This document shows, one piece after another, positions 38,606 through 50,714 of a stretch of DNA of 64,000 bases (within the stretch, counting starts at the first letter, position 1; every line of letters begins with the position of its first letter). Origin of the DNA: Octopus sinensis. Lineage: Eukaryota. The notes under the pieces were generated by a model. That model was not told where the DNA came from. It saw only the letters and a list, made by a program, of their open reading frames with translations, and did no database searches. The stretch is from contig NC_043007.1 in NCBI RefSeq assembly GCF_006345805.1, positions 62,496,001 to 62,560,000 of the forward strand, written 5' to 3'. A program made the translations under genes and the position numbers.

Positions 38606-38790
38606 TATCTGTAAATGTAATATGTGACAATTATTCGGTAGCCATGATAAAACTCTGAGTTTCGGAGGATAGCATTTTTCCAATGGCCGGATAACTGAAG
38701 AGATGGCGGCATGGATTTCCACCTCGCCATCCGAAACTCAGAGTTTTATCATGACTACTGAATAATTGTTACATATTACATTTACAGATA
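38606..38790. repeat. Fold-back (61-bp arms, 3 mismatches), probable Penelope-type inverted pseudo-LTR
   Basis: Arms 38606-38666 / 38730-38790. The hammerhead spans the loop and the right arm. Confidence 0.88.
38690..38750 (+). ncRNA. Type-I hammerhead ribozyme with intact catalytic core
   Basis: Stem I gataa/ttatc, CTGAAGA, stem II gatggcg/cgccat(c)c, GAAA, quasi-palindromic stem III ctc-a-gag, GUU cleavage triplet (predicted cut after 38745). Confidence 0.8.
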
Positions 38791-39687
38791 TATATATATA
38801 TATACACACACACACAATTCTATATATGTATGTATAAAATCATCATCATTATTATTTCATGTCCATTTTTTCCATACTTGCATGGGTCAGATGGAAACTG
38901 GTTGATGGAAACTGCAAGAAGCCTATTGTGTGTGTGTGTGTCTTTATCTTGACACCACATGATAGCTGTAAATGACTGTCACTGTCATATAAGCAGCACC
39001 ATCCATTTCCAATATTCTGCAAGAAAATGTAGGGTGATGGGGAACATCAGGAAGGGTACCCAGCCTTAGAAAATCCACCTCAACAAATTCCATACAACAT
39101 ATGCAAGCATGCAGAAGTAGATATGAAAATGATGCAGATGAAGATGGGGACGATGATGATGATGGTGATGACAATGACAACAACGACGATGACAATGATG
39201 ATGAGGATGATTATGATATATACTTACACACACACATGCACACACACACACACATACACCAGACAGACTTCTTTCAATTCCTTTCTACCACAGTCACTCA
39301 TAAAGCTATAGTAGCAGCTACTTGCCCGAAAATGCCATGCAATGGGACGGAACCTGAAATCATGTAGTTAGGAAGCAAACTTCTCAACTTCTCAACACAG
39401 CTACACCTGTGTGTGTGCATGTGTGTGTGTGTGTATACATATATATCTTTGATCTTTTACTTGTTTCAGTCATTAGACTGTGGTCATGCTGGGGCACAGC
39501 TTTGAAGAAAATTTAGTCAAAAGAATCAACACCAGTACTTATATTTTGTTAAACCTGGTATTTATTTTATCTGTCTCTTTTGCCAAACTGCTAAGTTGTG
39601 GGAACATAAACACACCAACACTGGTTGTTAAGTAGTATTGGGGAACAAACACACATAGATATAGATACAAATGCACACACACATATA

Positions 39688-40285
39688 CAGGGTGTGATGA
39701 ATAAACTGTTGTCTAAGTTAACACAAAAATGAAAATAATACTAACATCTCATTTTAACAGATATATTTACCAAAATTACATAAGAATATCTGGAAATACT
39801 AAAGAGTAAATATATTCAATAAAATTGCCATTGACTTCAACCACAGCCTCCAGACAACTTCAGAATCTCCTGCAATTCTTCTGGTTGGTCTCCTTGCTTA
39901 AGTTGGGAATGCCGCCATAATCCTTGCCTTCCGTTCATCTTTGGTGTTACGAGGAGTTTTGTTGATCTCTCACTCAACTGCATCCCACACATAATAATCA
40001 AGGGAGTTGCAGTCTGGGGAGTTAGGTGGCCAAATATTAGGTGTGATAGAGGCACAAAAATTGTCTGACAGCCATGACTGGATTCTTCTGCTTGTGTGGC
40101 ATGGTGCAGAGTTCTGTTACTAGACATAGGGTCTTCCAGGAGCTACCCTCTTGACCCAGGGCAGCACTACCTCCTCCAGGCACTTTATGTAGGCTTCTGT
40201 GTTGAGTCTGAGGTTGTGTGGGAAGGTGAATGGAGACTTAACACTACCATCACTAGTAATCACCCCAAATACCAAGATGTTGACT
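39688..40285 (-). mobile_element. maT/DD37D transposon 3' half
   Basis: TIR ta-cagggtgtg at 39688. Minus strand 'VFGVITSDG...YIKCLEEVVLPW...Q(N)SAPCH...WPPNSPDCNSLDYYVW', with 37 residues between the second and third catalytic positions. Confidence 0.88.
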
Positions 40286-40440
40286 GAATGTCACTTGTAA
40301 ACTTGTGTTTTGCTCATGGCAACATCCTTGTAAGTTGTTTGAAGCATGACAACTGTTTTGGCCACGGTTTTCCTCAACAGGAAACAGAATTTCATGGAAG
40401 CACACAATTCCTTCGTTTCAACCATCGCAAAAATCAATGA
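40286..40440 (-). mobile_element. Mariner N-terminal HTH fragment
   Basis: 'MVETKELCASMKFCFLLRKTVAKTVVMLQTTYKDVAMSKTQVYK'. Confidence 0.7.
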
Positions 40441-41419
40441 ACAGGGGAGAAGCATTGCAAAACAAAGATGCAGCATGTGGCAGTACGACTTTGCAGGATA
40501 CCACTGGTTGGCAGACTGATACCAGAGGGTCACATAAAGTGGCTTCTAGTAGCAGAAGCCTGAACTACAACAGGCTTGTTCCACAGAGAATGTTTCCAGT
40601 TATTTTTGGGTACCTCCTCATATATATATATTGGAATGAATATTTATTGGTATCCATATTTTGAGGGGTTTAAAGCCTTTCTTTATATTTGCTATTGGTT
40701 GATTCATTTGCTAAAGCTGAATAAATTTCTTTATTCTGCAGATGATATCCTTATTCAGAAGAGCTTTAGTTATGGTTTCACTGAAGCAGAACAAAATAAT
40801 GCTATTTAACAACAATGTAAATGAAGTCAAAAAAGTAATAACAACAAAAACAACAACGCTACCACCATTACTACTGTAGTAACAGCAGCAACTATAACAA
40901 CAATTACTTGTGAAATCTTTCAAGTAGATTTAAACTGATTCGAAAAAGGTCGAATTCAGCAGAAGACCAGTTACTTCCCTTGATAATTCTCAAAAGGAAG
41001 ATTGTCATTATCACCTCAATATGAATAAATATTTCTTCCTCCTTCTCTCTCTCTGTATCACTCTCTCTCTCTCCCTGCATAATCAGACGCACACATACAC
41101 TTGCATGTGCACACACAAACACACTCACACACATGCACACACACACACAAACACACACACGCAAACACACACACACACACACATTCACACTGATCTTAAT
41201 CATTATATAAAGTTTAGTCATATCTTGTTTCCTGTTCAACTTACCCATGAGAGAGGATGTGAAAAGACAGTTTCAATGCTAAAAGTCAATAATGAGCAAT
41301 GATGTAGTGATTTTCTGTCCTTTTGCTTCCCTGAGACTTAATTCAGCCAACAAAATTGGTTGTATTTAAAAGCTTGTCTCTTCTCTTTATTTATTTATAT
41401 ATTTATATTTCTTTTGCGT

Positions 41420-42265
41420 TTCATCTTTTACTTGTTTCAGTCATTAGACAGCAGCCATGCTGGGGCACCACCTTGACAAGTTCTTAGTCAAATGAATCGT
41501 TATTAAGCCTGGCGTTTATTTTATCGGTCTCTTTTGTCGAACCACTAAGTTACAGGGACATAAACACACCAACACTGGTTGTCAAGTGATACTGGGCGAC
41601 AAACACAAGCACAAAGCTAACCACCCCCACCACCACGCACACACACACATACACATACTTATATATCATCAGTTGTTCACATATCTGAAAAAGAAGCACA
41701 CTCTAAAGCATTAGAGCAGTGATGTATTTTTTAGGAAGTTAAAAGTTATGATTGGTCATAAAGTGACTGTTAGTCTTGCACCTATAAAATGCTTAGCAGT
41801 ATAGGTGACTCAACAGACTCAGATGGCTGAAGGCACATAACCCTCTCAGTTCTTGAGAAGTTATACGCCTTCAGCCATTTGTGTCTGATGAATCACTTAT
41901 ACTTCTAAGTGCTATGACTGACCATAACTTTTAACTTCCTAATATATATACATGAAATAAGGATAAAAATCATGTTAATGATTATCAGGTAGTCAGCATG
42001 GAATAAAAATAAGTAATTTATATGTTAAATTAATTATTATATATACATGCATATATATATATATATATAATTATATCGTATTATATATATTATGTATGTA
42101 TATATACATAAGACAGACTTTCAGTTTCCATCTACCAAATCCACTCACAAGGCTTTGGTCAGCCCAAAGCTATAGTAGAAGACACTTGCCCAAGGTGCCA
42201 TACAGTGGGACTGAACCTGGAATCATTTGGTTAGGAAGCAAATGTCTTACTACACAGCCAACTTC
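41420..42265 (-). mobile_element. SINE family 1 copy apparently split in its central microsatellite by an insert of about 0.45 kb
   Basis: Tail half at 41420-41640 and head half at 42110-42265, both on the minus strand. Confidence 0.55.
41731..41942. repeat. Fold-back with a degenerate hammerhead (41761-41820, -), related to 20637-20811
   Basis: Outer arms 'ttaggaagttaaaagttatg' and its complement. Minus strand gagt-CTGTTGA-gtcacctata/tataggtgc-aaga-ctaaca-GTC-act. The right arm has CTGATGA. Confidence 0.72.
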
Positions 42266-43024
42266 AAATGGAACTTCATATGAATCTTCATATTAGTAAG
42301 TTCTTTTAAGAATAGTTGTCAAATATTGAGATAACATGAATCTTATTAGAACATTTAAATACAAAGAAAGTGGAAAGAAGAGAGATAAGAAATGGAAAGA
42401 ACGAAAAAGATAAAAATGTGGAGGGAGTAAAGCAGTGGAAGATGGACGGTGGATGATGGACCACATACCCCAGAATGAAATGTGTGCTCAGCTGCATCAT
42501 ACAGTAATGACGGTGATGGTATTGCCACAGAGAATAGCCAGTGTCACTCGCTTCTTATATGCCTTAAAAGCTTGAGTAATTCTGTAAGAGCAGAGGAAAT
42601 AAGATGTAACATTCATGCCTTTTCAAATGTGAGTCTTTGTAGTAGCTTTTTTTCATCCCACAACTGTGATGGTGCTAGTAATGGCAGCAGTGATGACGAT
42701 AATAATGATAATGATCAGAAACCCCACAACTCATTGCAAAAGAGTAGAAAAAAGGAACAGAAAGTGACAATTAATCAAGTAAAGAAAGTCTGCAATGAAA
42801 GCCAAAAACATATTGAGCAAACCTGTGAACAAAGGTATTTCAACTACAGCTATCTCATCATTTTTACTTTTCTAGGCACAGTGTCCCACCAGACTACATT
42901 ATCCAGTGTGCCTTGTTTCTTTTATGAGGACAAGATGTGATATGAGGGAGATATAGCTGCTACTTCTAGTAGAATCAGGAGGCTCCTTTTATTTAAATAT
43001 ATTGTCAAACAGTATTCATCATTT

Positions 43025-43370
43025 ATCTTTTACTTGTTTCAGTCATTAGACTGTGACCATGCTGCTGCAATACTTTGAAGAGTTTTCTTTAAGCCTGGCA
43101 CTTATTCTATCAGTATATTTTGCCAAACCATTAAGTTATGGGGATATAAACTAACCAACACTGGTTATCAAGGGGTGGTGGGGAACAAACACAGAAACAA
43201 AGATACACACACACGCACACACATATGTATATATACAATGGGCTTATTTTCAGTTCCCATTTACCAAATCCATTTACAAGGCTTTGGTTGACCTGAGGTG
43301 CTTAAGGTGCTACACAGTGGGCCAAATCTAGAACCATGTGGTTGGAAGGCAAGCTCTTTTCCACACAGCC
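43025..43370 (-). mobile_element. SINE family 1 copy
   Basis: Family-1 tail and head on the minus strand. Confidence 0.8.
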
Positions 43371-43689
43371 ATATCAATTCAGAATAATTCTTGCATTCAA
43401 AAGGGCATGTAAAGAATAACTGAGCAGGAGAATAAAATGGCAAAAGTTCTGATATATAATTTCCAACTCTCTTCAGACTGGAACTGTATATTTTTAATTC
43501 AAAATTTTATGACACAAACTTCCATATTCACTTGCTGTGGGGGAACAGACACCAGGAGTTCTAGAAGTGTTACTTGAGAGATATGAGCATCCTGTTTATA
43601 TGTGCTTGTGCTGATTGTACATCACTGAATGCAAACATTTTCCTTATGCCAACAAAACAAAATCTTTATTACAAAAAGGGTTAAAGTAA

Positions 43690-43905
43690 TGAGCTGGCAG
43701 AATTGTTAACACACCGAGCAAAATGCTTGGTGGCATTTCAGCTATCTTCACATTCTGGGTTCAAACTCCACTGAGGTTAACTTTGCCTTTCGCCCTTTTG
43801 GAGCCAATAAAATAAGCATCAGTTGAACACTGAGATCTATATAACTGACTTAACCCCTCATACTGAAATTTCTGGCCTTCTGCTAAAATTTGAAATCATC
43901 ATTAC
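43690..43905 (+). mobile_element. tRNA-derived SINE family 2 copy
   Basis: 'gagctggcagaattgttaac...ctgggttcaaactcc...ctttgcctttc...aataaaataag...gaaatttctggcc...tttgaaatc'. Confidence 0.85.
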
Positions 43906-46900
43906 TAGATGGATTTCATATTTCTACATACCCCTGATCAAAATGGACCTAGTCTTAATATTATATAGCTTACCAGAATAACAGAAATAGCAGAACAACT
44001 GATTAATGATTTTAATTATCTTAACTTTTGTTCTTCAGTTTTATTAGTTCAAATCCCATCAGTGTCCTCTTTGTTGTTCATCTCTCTGTATCAATAAATG
44101 AGTACAGGTTAAATCTCTTAAATCAGACAACCTTGGAATATGGCCATTACCAGATGATGGAAAAATGCCAGTTAGCATAAATTGGTCCCTAAGGAGTCAT
44201 TGGAATCTAAATATTATGTAAACAGAGTATTTAGATTTCAATGAACAAAGTATGGCCTGGTTATAGAGCTGAATCACAGAGGTGTAGAGAGTAAGGAGTT
44301 ATATTCCAAAAACATTGTCTTTTATCAAAGAGATCTACTTTGAGGTGTGCCAAACAATTATCTAATATCAAAAATATTTTATACTTTGGATCAAGGCCAG
44401 CAGAGTTGCAGTGTTCTCTAGTTTCACACATGAAGTAATTTTCAAACCATTCAAGAAAATATTTTATTGTTTAAGAATTTTTTTTTATTAGTCCCTTGGA
44501 TGACATTCTGAAGGGCTGTAACCCAGCTAAATATCAGAAACATCAGCAAAACACTTGGCTAGGGTAAACGAAGCTTAACAGCTTATCACTGCTAACAGTT
44601 TCACCTTCATAGCATATCAACAAACTAATGGTAACAGATTCAAAATAAGCAAAACCACAGGAAATGTCAGACTGTGGAGTGCCAGTTTTGTGAAGTCCAA
44701 ACCAGTGAGAGACTCTACTTGATTAAATTGTCTATATATTTTAGAGGGAAAGCAATGCTCATAACTTGTTACAAGGACTCTCTCTGAGATTGGTGGGAGA
44801 AAGGTATGTAACTTCAAACCAGATCTGAAATGCTTGCAACAGAGTGCACTCTGCTAAAACCATGTACAATGTTGGGTAGTGAGAACAATAGGTTAAGTCT
44901 ACCAACCAATTAGGAATGCAAAGAGCCAGAAAAAATACCACAAAACATCTAATCCAATTGTCTTCTGCTTCCACAAATTCACCAACTTGGATTGGTACTT
45001 TTTATCAACCCTAAAAGGATGAAAGGTGAATTTGATCTTGGCAAGATTTGAACTCAGGGCACAGAGAGTTCAAACAAATACCACTATCTTGACATTCTGG
45101 GTTCAAATTCCACTGAGGTTAACTTTGCCTTTCACCCTTTTGGAGTCAATAAAATAAGCATCAGTTGAATACTGAGATCGATATAACTGTCCAACACTCT
45201 AATGACTCTGTGATTTCATTGCTGTGTGTATATCATTTCACATTAGATCTGTGGCCTTGAGTCACTGTATGCAAACAATATGATACATTGTTAAGTTCAA
45301 AAGCTGGTCTTAAAAACATAACATTTCACAATGTGAAATAAAGTTTATACAGATATGTTAAATGCAGAAAACAAATAACTAACCAGCTATTGTTGTATGG
45401 AAACATACTTTCAGTGTTGAATATATTCCTTCTTTAATTTCATTTGTTTCAACAACAGGCTGTCGCCATGATGGGGCGTTGCCATTGGTGTGATATTTTA
45501 ATTAATTTCACTCCCATCTCCCTCTTTTCTGGTAAATCATTGAGCTGGACAAAACTGACCTTAACTGCATTTCTGTTTGTTTATCCGGTATCTCCTTTGA
45601 AAACTTGTCTAAGTGTTTTTTAATGCATCCATATCTACACCTCTTAAACCTCTGCGGTTTTTTGACAAGGTCAATGAAAAGTAAAGTATTGAATATCCAT
45701 AAATATTTTCAGCATACAAAACAGGCATGAAGAACCCTTTGCCCAGCAGAAATTTCACATTCATTGTGAAATGCATTCAAACTTGAAGTTGCTAATGAGG
45801 TTGCTACATAACCATATGAAAAAACAGTTATTTAATATAATACAAAAGCAGTAATTTTAAGTCGTATATTTATGAATTTGTAAAATCTAAAGATTCATCA
45901 TTTTTCTCAGTGCAGATATGACTCAATGGGTTCTTGTGTTCTTGAAATTTATCCTTGATTATCTAATATCAAAAATATTTTATACTTTGGATCAAGGCCA
46001 GCAGAGTTGCAGTGTTCTCTAGTTTCACACATGAAGTAATCTTCAAACCACTCAAGAAAATGTTTTGTTGTTTTTCCAGTTAATTCTTAGACATACAAAA
46101 ATCATTTACCTTGGAAATATTTAAGGGTACTCAACTTGAATATGTCCTGGGTATGGCTTTAAACAACATCTAGTGGTGGCACCCTGGTTCAAGAGCTCCA
46201 GGGTTTTGCATTGTGTGGAACCACCTGTTAACCACTTTTGTTTCCTGAGTAATAGCACTTATCAGGGCCCCAGCTTTGAGTTAATTAGCATGTTATAGAA
46301 TTGTCTCCAAAACAACAACACACCTCAGGAAGATGATGCCCTTCACCTCTTGAGCTGCTTATCTAAAAGAAAGCATTTCCATACAAATCCTGCATTCTGA
46401 TAACTTCTGGGTTCGTGGCATGTGTTTGAAATAGCAGATGTTTGAAAAACGAGAGAGTAGGACTGGCTCTGCACAAACCACACTCACTATAATAATAAAT
46501 CTCTGCTGCTTTGTGAGGCAATTTATAGAGCGTTTAAGGAAAGGTTAAGGGAGTAAACCCCTAAAGAACATTCAAGGAAGACTGACCCAAAGGTAGATTT
46601 GTATGGTCATACTTAACCAATATCTGGCATTCCCTCAGGTTCCAAGGATGCTGCAGATATATTGACTTATCATTACTTCATAGCATCTACATGAGTGGAG
46701 AGGCTGTAAATGTACTTGGGGCTAGGCATTTGCTTCTGGAAACAGTTGAGATTTAGTTAGTCTCCACACTACCATCAATCAGCAATAAAATAGACCAACC
46801 ACTGAACTTTAAAGTATATTTCTTTCACAACAATGCTTTTGTTTACAATTTGTCTCCAACATTCAATAGAACTACAATGCATTTAAAAATATTTTTAGAC

Positions 46901-47321
46901 TATTAATCTCTATTTTTAGAAACAAAATGTGTTAAATATTTACAGCTAAACAATATTTCAATTGGTTAACCTTTGATTGTCATTAAGTTAGTTCAAAGCT
47001 TCAAACTAGATTTGAATTAGGAAACTTAATTTCTAAACAGAGTCTAATTAAAATATTATGTACTTGAACATCCATCAGTAGCTTAAGAGTTAAGAGTGTT
47101 ATAAATCCTAGTTTAGAAGTACAATTCTCCCATTTAAATCCCATCTAGATTAGGACACCTAATAAGGATTAGAGATCAAACCCATCGAAATGATGTGTAG
47201 ATGTAAATATCAAACAATACCTTTTCTTAATAGAGGAGGTTATTAGTTCAAAAATTAAAACTTAAGTAGCAAATTATCCTATTGAGACATAAAAAGCATG
47301 GTAAGAAGGCAGTAACCTGAC

Positions 47322-47520
47322 ACAATTATTAGCATACCAGGCAAACTGCTTAGTGGCATTTCATGCATCTTTACATTCTGAGTTCAAATTCCACCAAGGT
47401 CGATTTTGCCTTTCATCATTTTGGGGTTTATAAAATAGGTGCCATTTGAGCACTAGGGTCAGTGTAATAGACTTAACCCTCCCTCAATATTGCTAGCTTT
47501 GTGCCAAAATTTGAAACCAC
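47322..47520 (+). mobile_element. SINE family 2 copy
   Basis: Same motifs as 43690-43905. Confidence 0.8.
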
Positions 47521-47904
47521 TATTTCACCACAGAAGACAGGAAACAAATAAAATTATTTGTATGATGGTGATGCTCATCACATGATGCCAAAACAAGGGT
47601 ACACACACACACGTGTGTGTGTATGTGAGTGTGTATACACAGACATACTAGGTTTCTTTCAGTTTCTATCTACCAAACCCATTCACAGGACTTTAGTCAA
47701 TCCAGGACTTTACTAAGAAGAACCTTGCCCAGATGTTGTGCACTGGAACTGAACCCAAAACTATATGATTGGGAAGCAAGTGTCTCAACAACCAAGCAGC
47801 ACCTATGTCTATGAATATGATATTTTTGTTTTTTTAGTAACCAGGATCTGAAACAGATGATGGGACCAGACATTCAACAAAATTTTGGCACATCTTTTAA
47901 TGAA

Positions 47905-48430
47905 CATTTAATGTGTATAGTTCTGGGTTCAGTCCCACTGCATCGGAACTTGGGTGAGTGTCTTCTACTATAGCCACAGGCCAACCCAAGCCTTATGAGT
48001 AGATTTAGTAAATAGAAACTGAAAGAAGACCATCATATATATATCATCATCATCATCGTTTAACGTCCGTTTTCCATGCTAGCATGGGTTGGACGGTACA
48101 ACTGGGGTCTGGGAAGCCAGAAGGCTGCGCCAGGGCCAGTCTGATCTGGCAGTGTTTCTACAGCTGAATGCCCTTATATATAAATTTGTGTGTGTGTTTT
48201 TGTATCTGTGTTTGTCCCCTACCTCCTGCTTGGTAACCAGTATTGATGTGTTAACTCCCCTGTGACTTGGTGCTTCAGCAAGGACATCAATAGAATAAGT
48301 ACCAGGCTTTAAAAAAACATAAAAAATAAATACTAGGGTTAATTCATTCAACTAAAAATTCTTCAAAATACTGCCCCAGCATGACCACAATTCAATGACT
48401 GAAACAACTAAAAGATAAAAGATAAAGGAT
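47905..48430 (+). mobile_element. SINE family 1 copy with an antisense RTE-tail insert (48045-48175) in its (TA)n spacer
   Basis: Head 47905-48030, insert 'catcatcgtttaacgtccgttttccatgctagc...', tail 48180-48430. Confidence 0.8.
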
Positions 48431-49057
48431 TAAAGATAAAAGATTGAGAACATTGTGAGTATGTTTGTCTTTCTGTCTGCTTAGTCTTCTATTTTTATTC
48501 TTTAGATTTGTGCAAAAAAAAAAAAATTCATAAAAAGAAACAAGGTTTCCTCATAGAAATACATTCTGAACTTGAAAGAAAGCTTACACATTTTAACCTT
48601 TTCCACAAACTTAAATGAGCATGCACTTATATACACATAAATAAAGAAAACTTTCATGACTCAAATGAGTTCTTGTAGAAAGTATTTGGTAATATAAACC
48701 AGAGGCCAGCAAACTATGACCTGTGGGTCAAATCTAACCTGCCAATTTTATTGGCATCAAAAACAAATTTTCTTTCTTTATCTGTCTTTGGTTACAGAAT
48801 AACAAACTTCAGTATCGAAAAATAGAGAAATAGTTTCGTTTTTGTAGTGGCCTCAAATAAATCAATGTTTTATATCAATAGAAATAAAAATAGGAATAGC
48901 ATGGCTGTGTGGTTAAGAAGTTTGCATCCAACCACATGATTTCGGGTTCAGTCCTAATGCATGGCACCTTGGGTAAGTAAAGTGTCTGCTGCTATAGCTA
49001 CAGACTGACCCAAACCTTCCGAGTGAATTTGATAGACAAAAACTGAAAGAAACCCAT

Positions 49058-49091
<34 letters not shown>

Positions 49092-49599
49092 ATATATATA
49101 TAAAAGCAGTTATAGAGATAAGTAAATTAGACACCTCAAATATATTAAATACTAGACCTACCTGTGACCCATGGGTCACCAATAGTTCAAGGTACCTGAA
49201 AAACTGTGCAGCCTGGGAATCTGTGGTCCGATTTATGTAAAAACTTCTATTATTCTGTGTTTATTCACATTTCAATGGTACCTTACTTTCAAAGCATTTC
49301 CTACAATATACGCCAGTTTAGCTATTTATAAGGGTACCCCAAAAAACTGTGTATCTCAGTAACCTGTGGTCCAATTTATGCAAAATTTGTTTTGTTCTAT
49401 TTATATTCACATGAGCATCTGATTCATTACATCTCCTACTTTTATCTCTTTCCCTCTGTTTCACTAGATGCTCAGCTCTCAGAGTGTCTGATTCCTGATC
49501 TCTCCTGCTTCTGTCTCTTTCCCTCTGTTCTACCAGATGCTCATCCCTTGCTTTATCAGTCTCATCAATCCTTCTATTCCCATGCCTGTCCCGATCTTG

Positions 49600-50089
49600 G
49601 GTAAATGTTTTGTAAAGGACCCGTTCTTACTTTGGTGTGAAATAATTTTTTCCACAGGTCTTTTTTGAGTGCATTCAATGTATCTCACCTCCAAACCCAC
49701 CGCAAGCCACATTCTTCCAGAAAAGAAAGTGGGGAAGGGTTGTGGGGACCTCAGAGTTTCCCATCAATGGAGTGTTGTTCCATGAATTTTTTTCTTTTCC
49801 AGGTTATTTTGCATGCTTTCAATGAATGTGACATTGATATCACATATAAACGATTCTTTTCCCCAGCAAAGGAAAGATTTGGCTGCTATTTCTTGCACAC
49901 CCTGCTACCACATAACAGCTATTTCGAGTCCTTTATTGCAAATAGCTATTATGTAGTAGCAGGGTGTGTTAGAAATAGCAGCCTAATCTTTGGAGGTGAG
50001 ACACATTGAATGCATTCAGAAAAAAAAACCTATAGAAAAACATCATTTCAGACCAAAGTTACAAATGGGTCTTTTACGAAATATCTACC
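49600..50089. mobile_element. MITE-like element with long TIRs of about 95 bp
   Basis: 49600-49695 is an imperfect reverse complement of 49989-50089. No hammerhead motif seen. Confidence 0.7.
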
Positions 50090-50714
50090 ATATTTTAAAA
50101 GTTATTTTCACTTTAAAATATTTCTTAAATATACCGAAAAAAAATTTTGCAATCGTATTCACTTGAAAATAATTTTAAAAAACATTAAAATATTGTTTTT
50201 TAAAGAAAGCTAAAATATAAATACTTACTGTACAAACAACTTACATTTTGGAAATCACATTCAGTTAAAAATATTTTACAAATGATTAAAATATTGTGTT
50301 TAACAAAGTGAAGATAGAAACATTTACTGTGAAAAGTAGCTCATATTTTTTCATTGGCAACTTAGTCCCTAATGTGCCTAATTGAAAGTTAGAGTTTCTT
50401 CCTTTTCAGGGTTAAGTTATTATCATAGTATTTTCCCATTATGCATTGTTTTGAGTATTTATATCCCAAAACCCCTAATATCTCAAGAACCACTTGTCTG
50501 ATTTACGAGAAACTTGTTTTATTCCATTTGTAGTATTCATGGCATTTTCTCATTATGCACCAGTTTGGCTGTATAACACTGCAAGCAAACAAGAATGAAG
50601 TTAATTTTTAATGTATTATAGATACCAAGTACATCAAATACAAAATATGTACATATGTATACATGCAAAATGAGAGAAAGGAAAAGGTGGAAATTTTGAG
50701 ATGAATGTTAATGA

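Noticed and set aside
42482-42940. 152-aa ORF, and a minus-strand acceptor at 42582
   Set aside because: No recognisable domain. The 113-nt exon candidate has stops in all frames.
47030-47290. Possible mitochondrial insertion
   Set aside because: I could not recognise a mitochondrial protein or RNA in the frames read.
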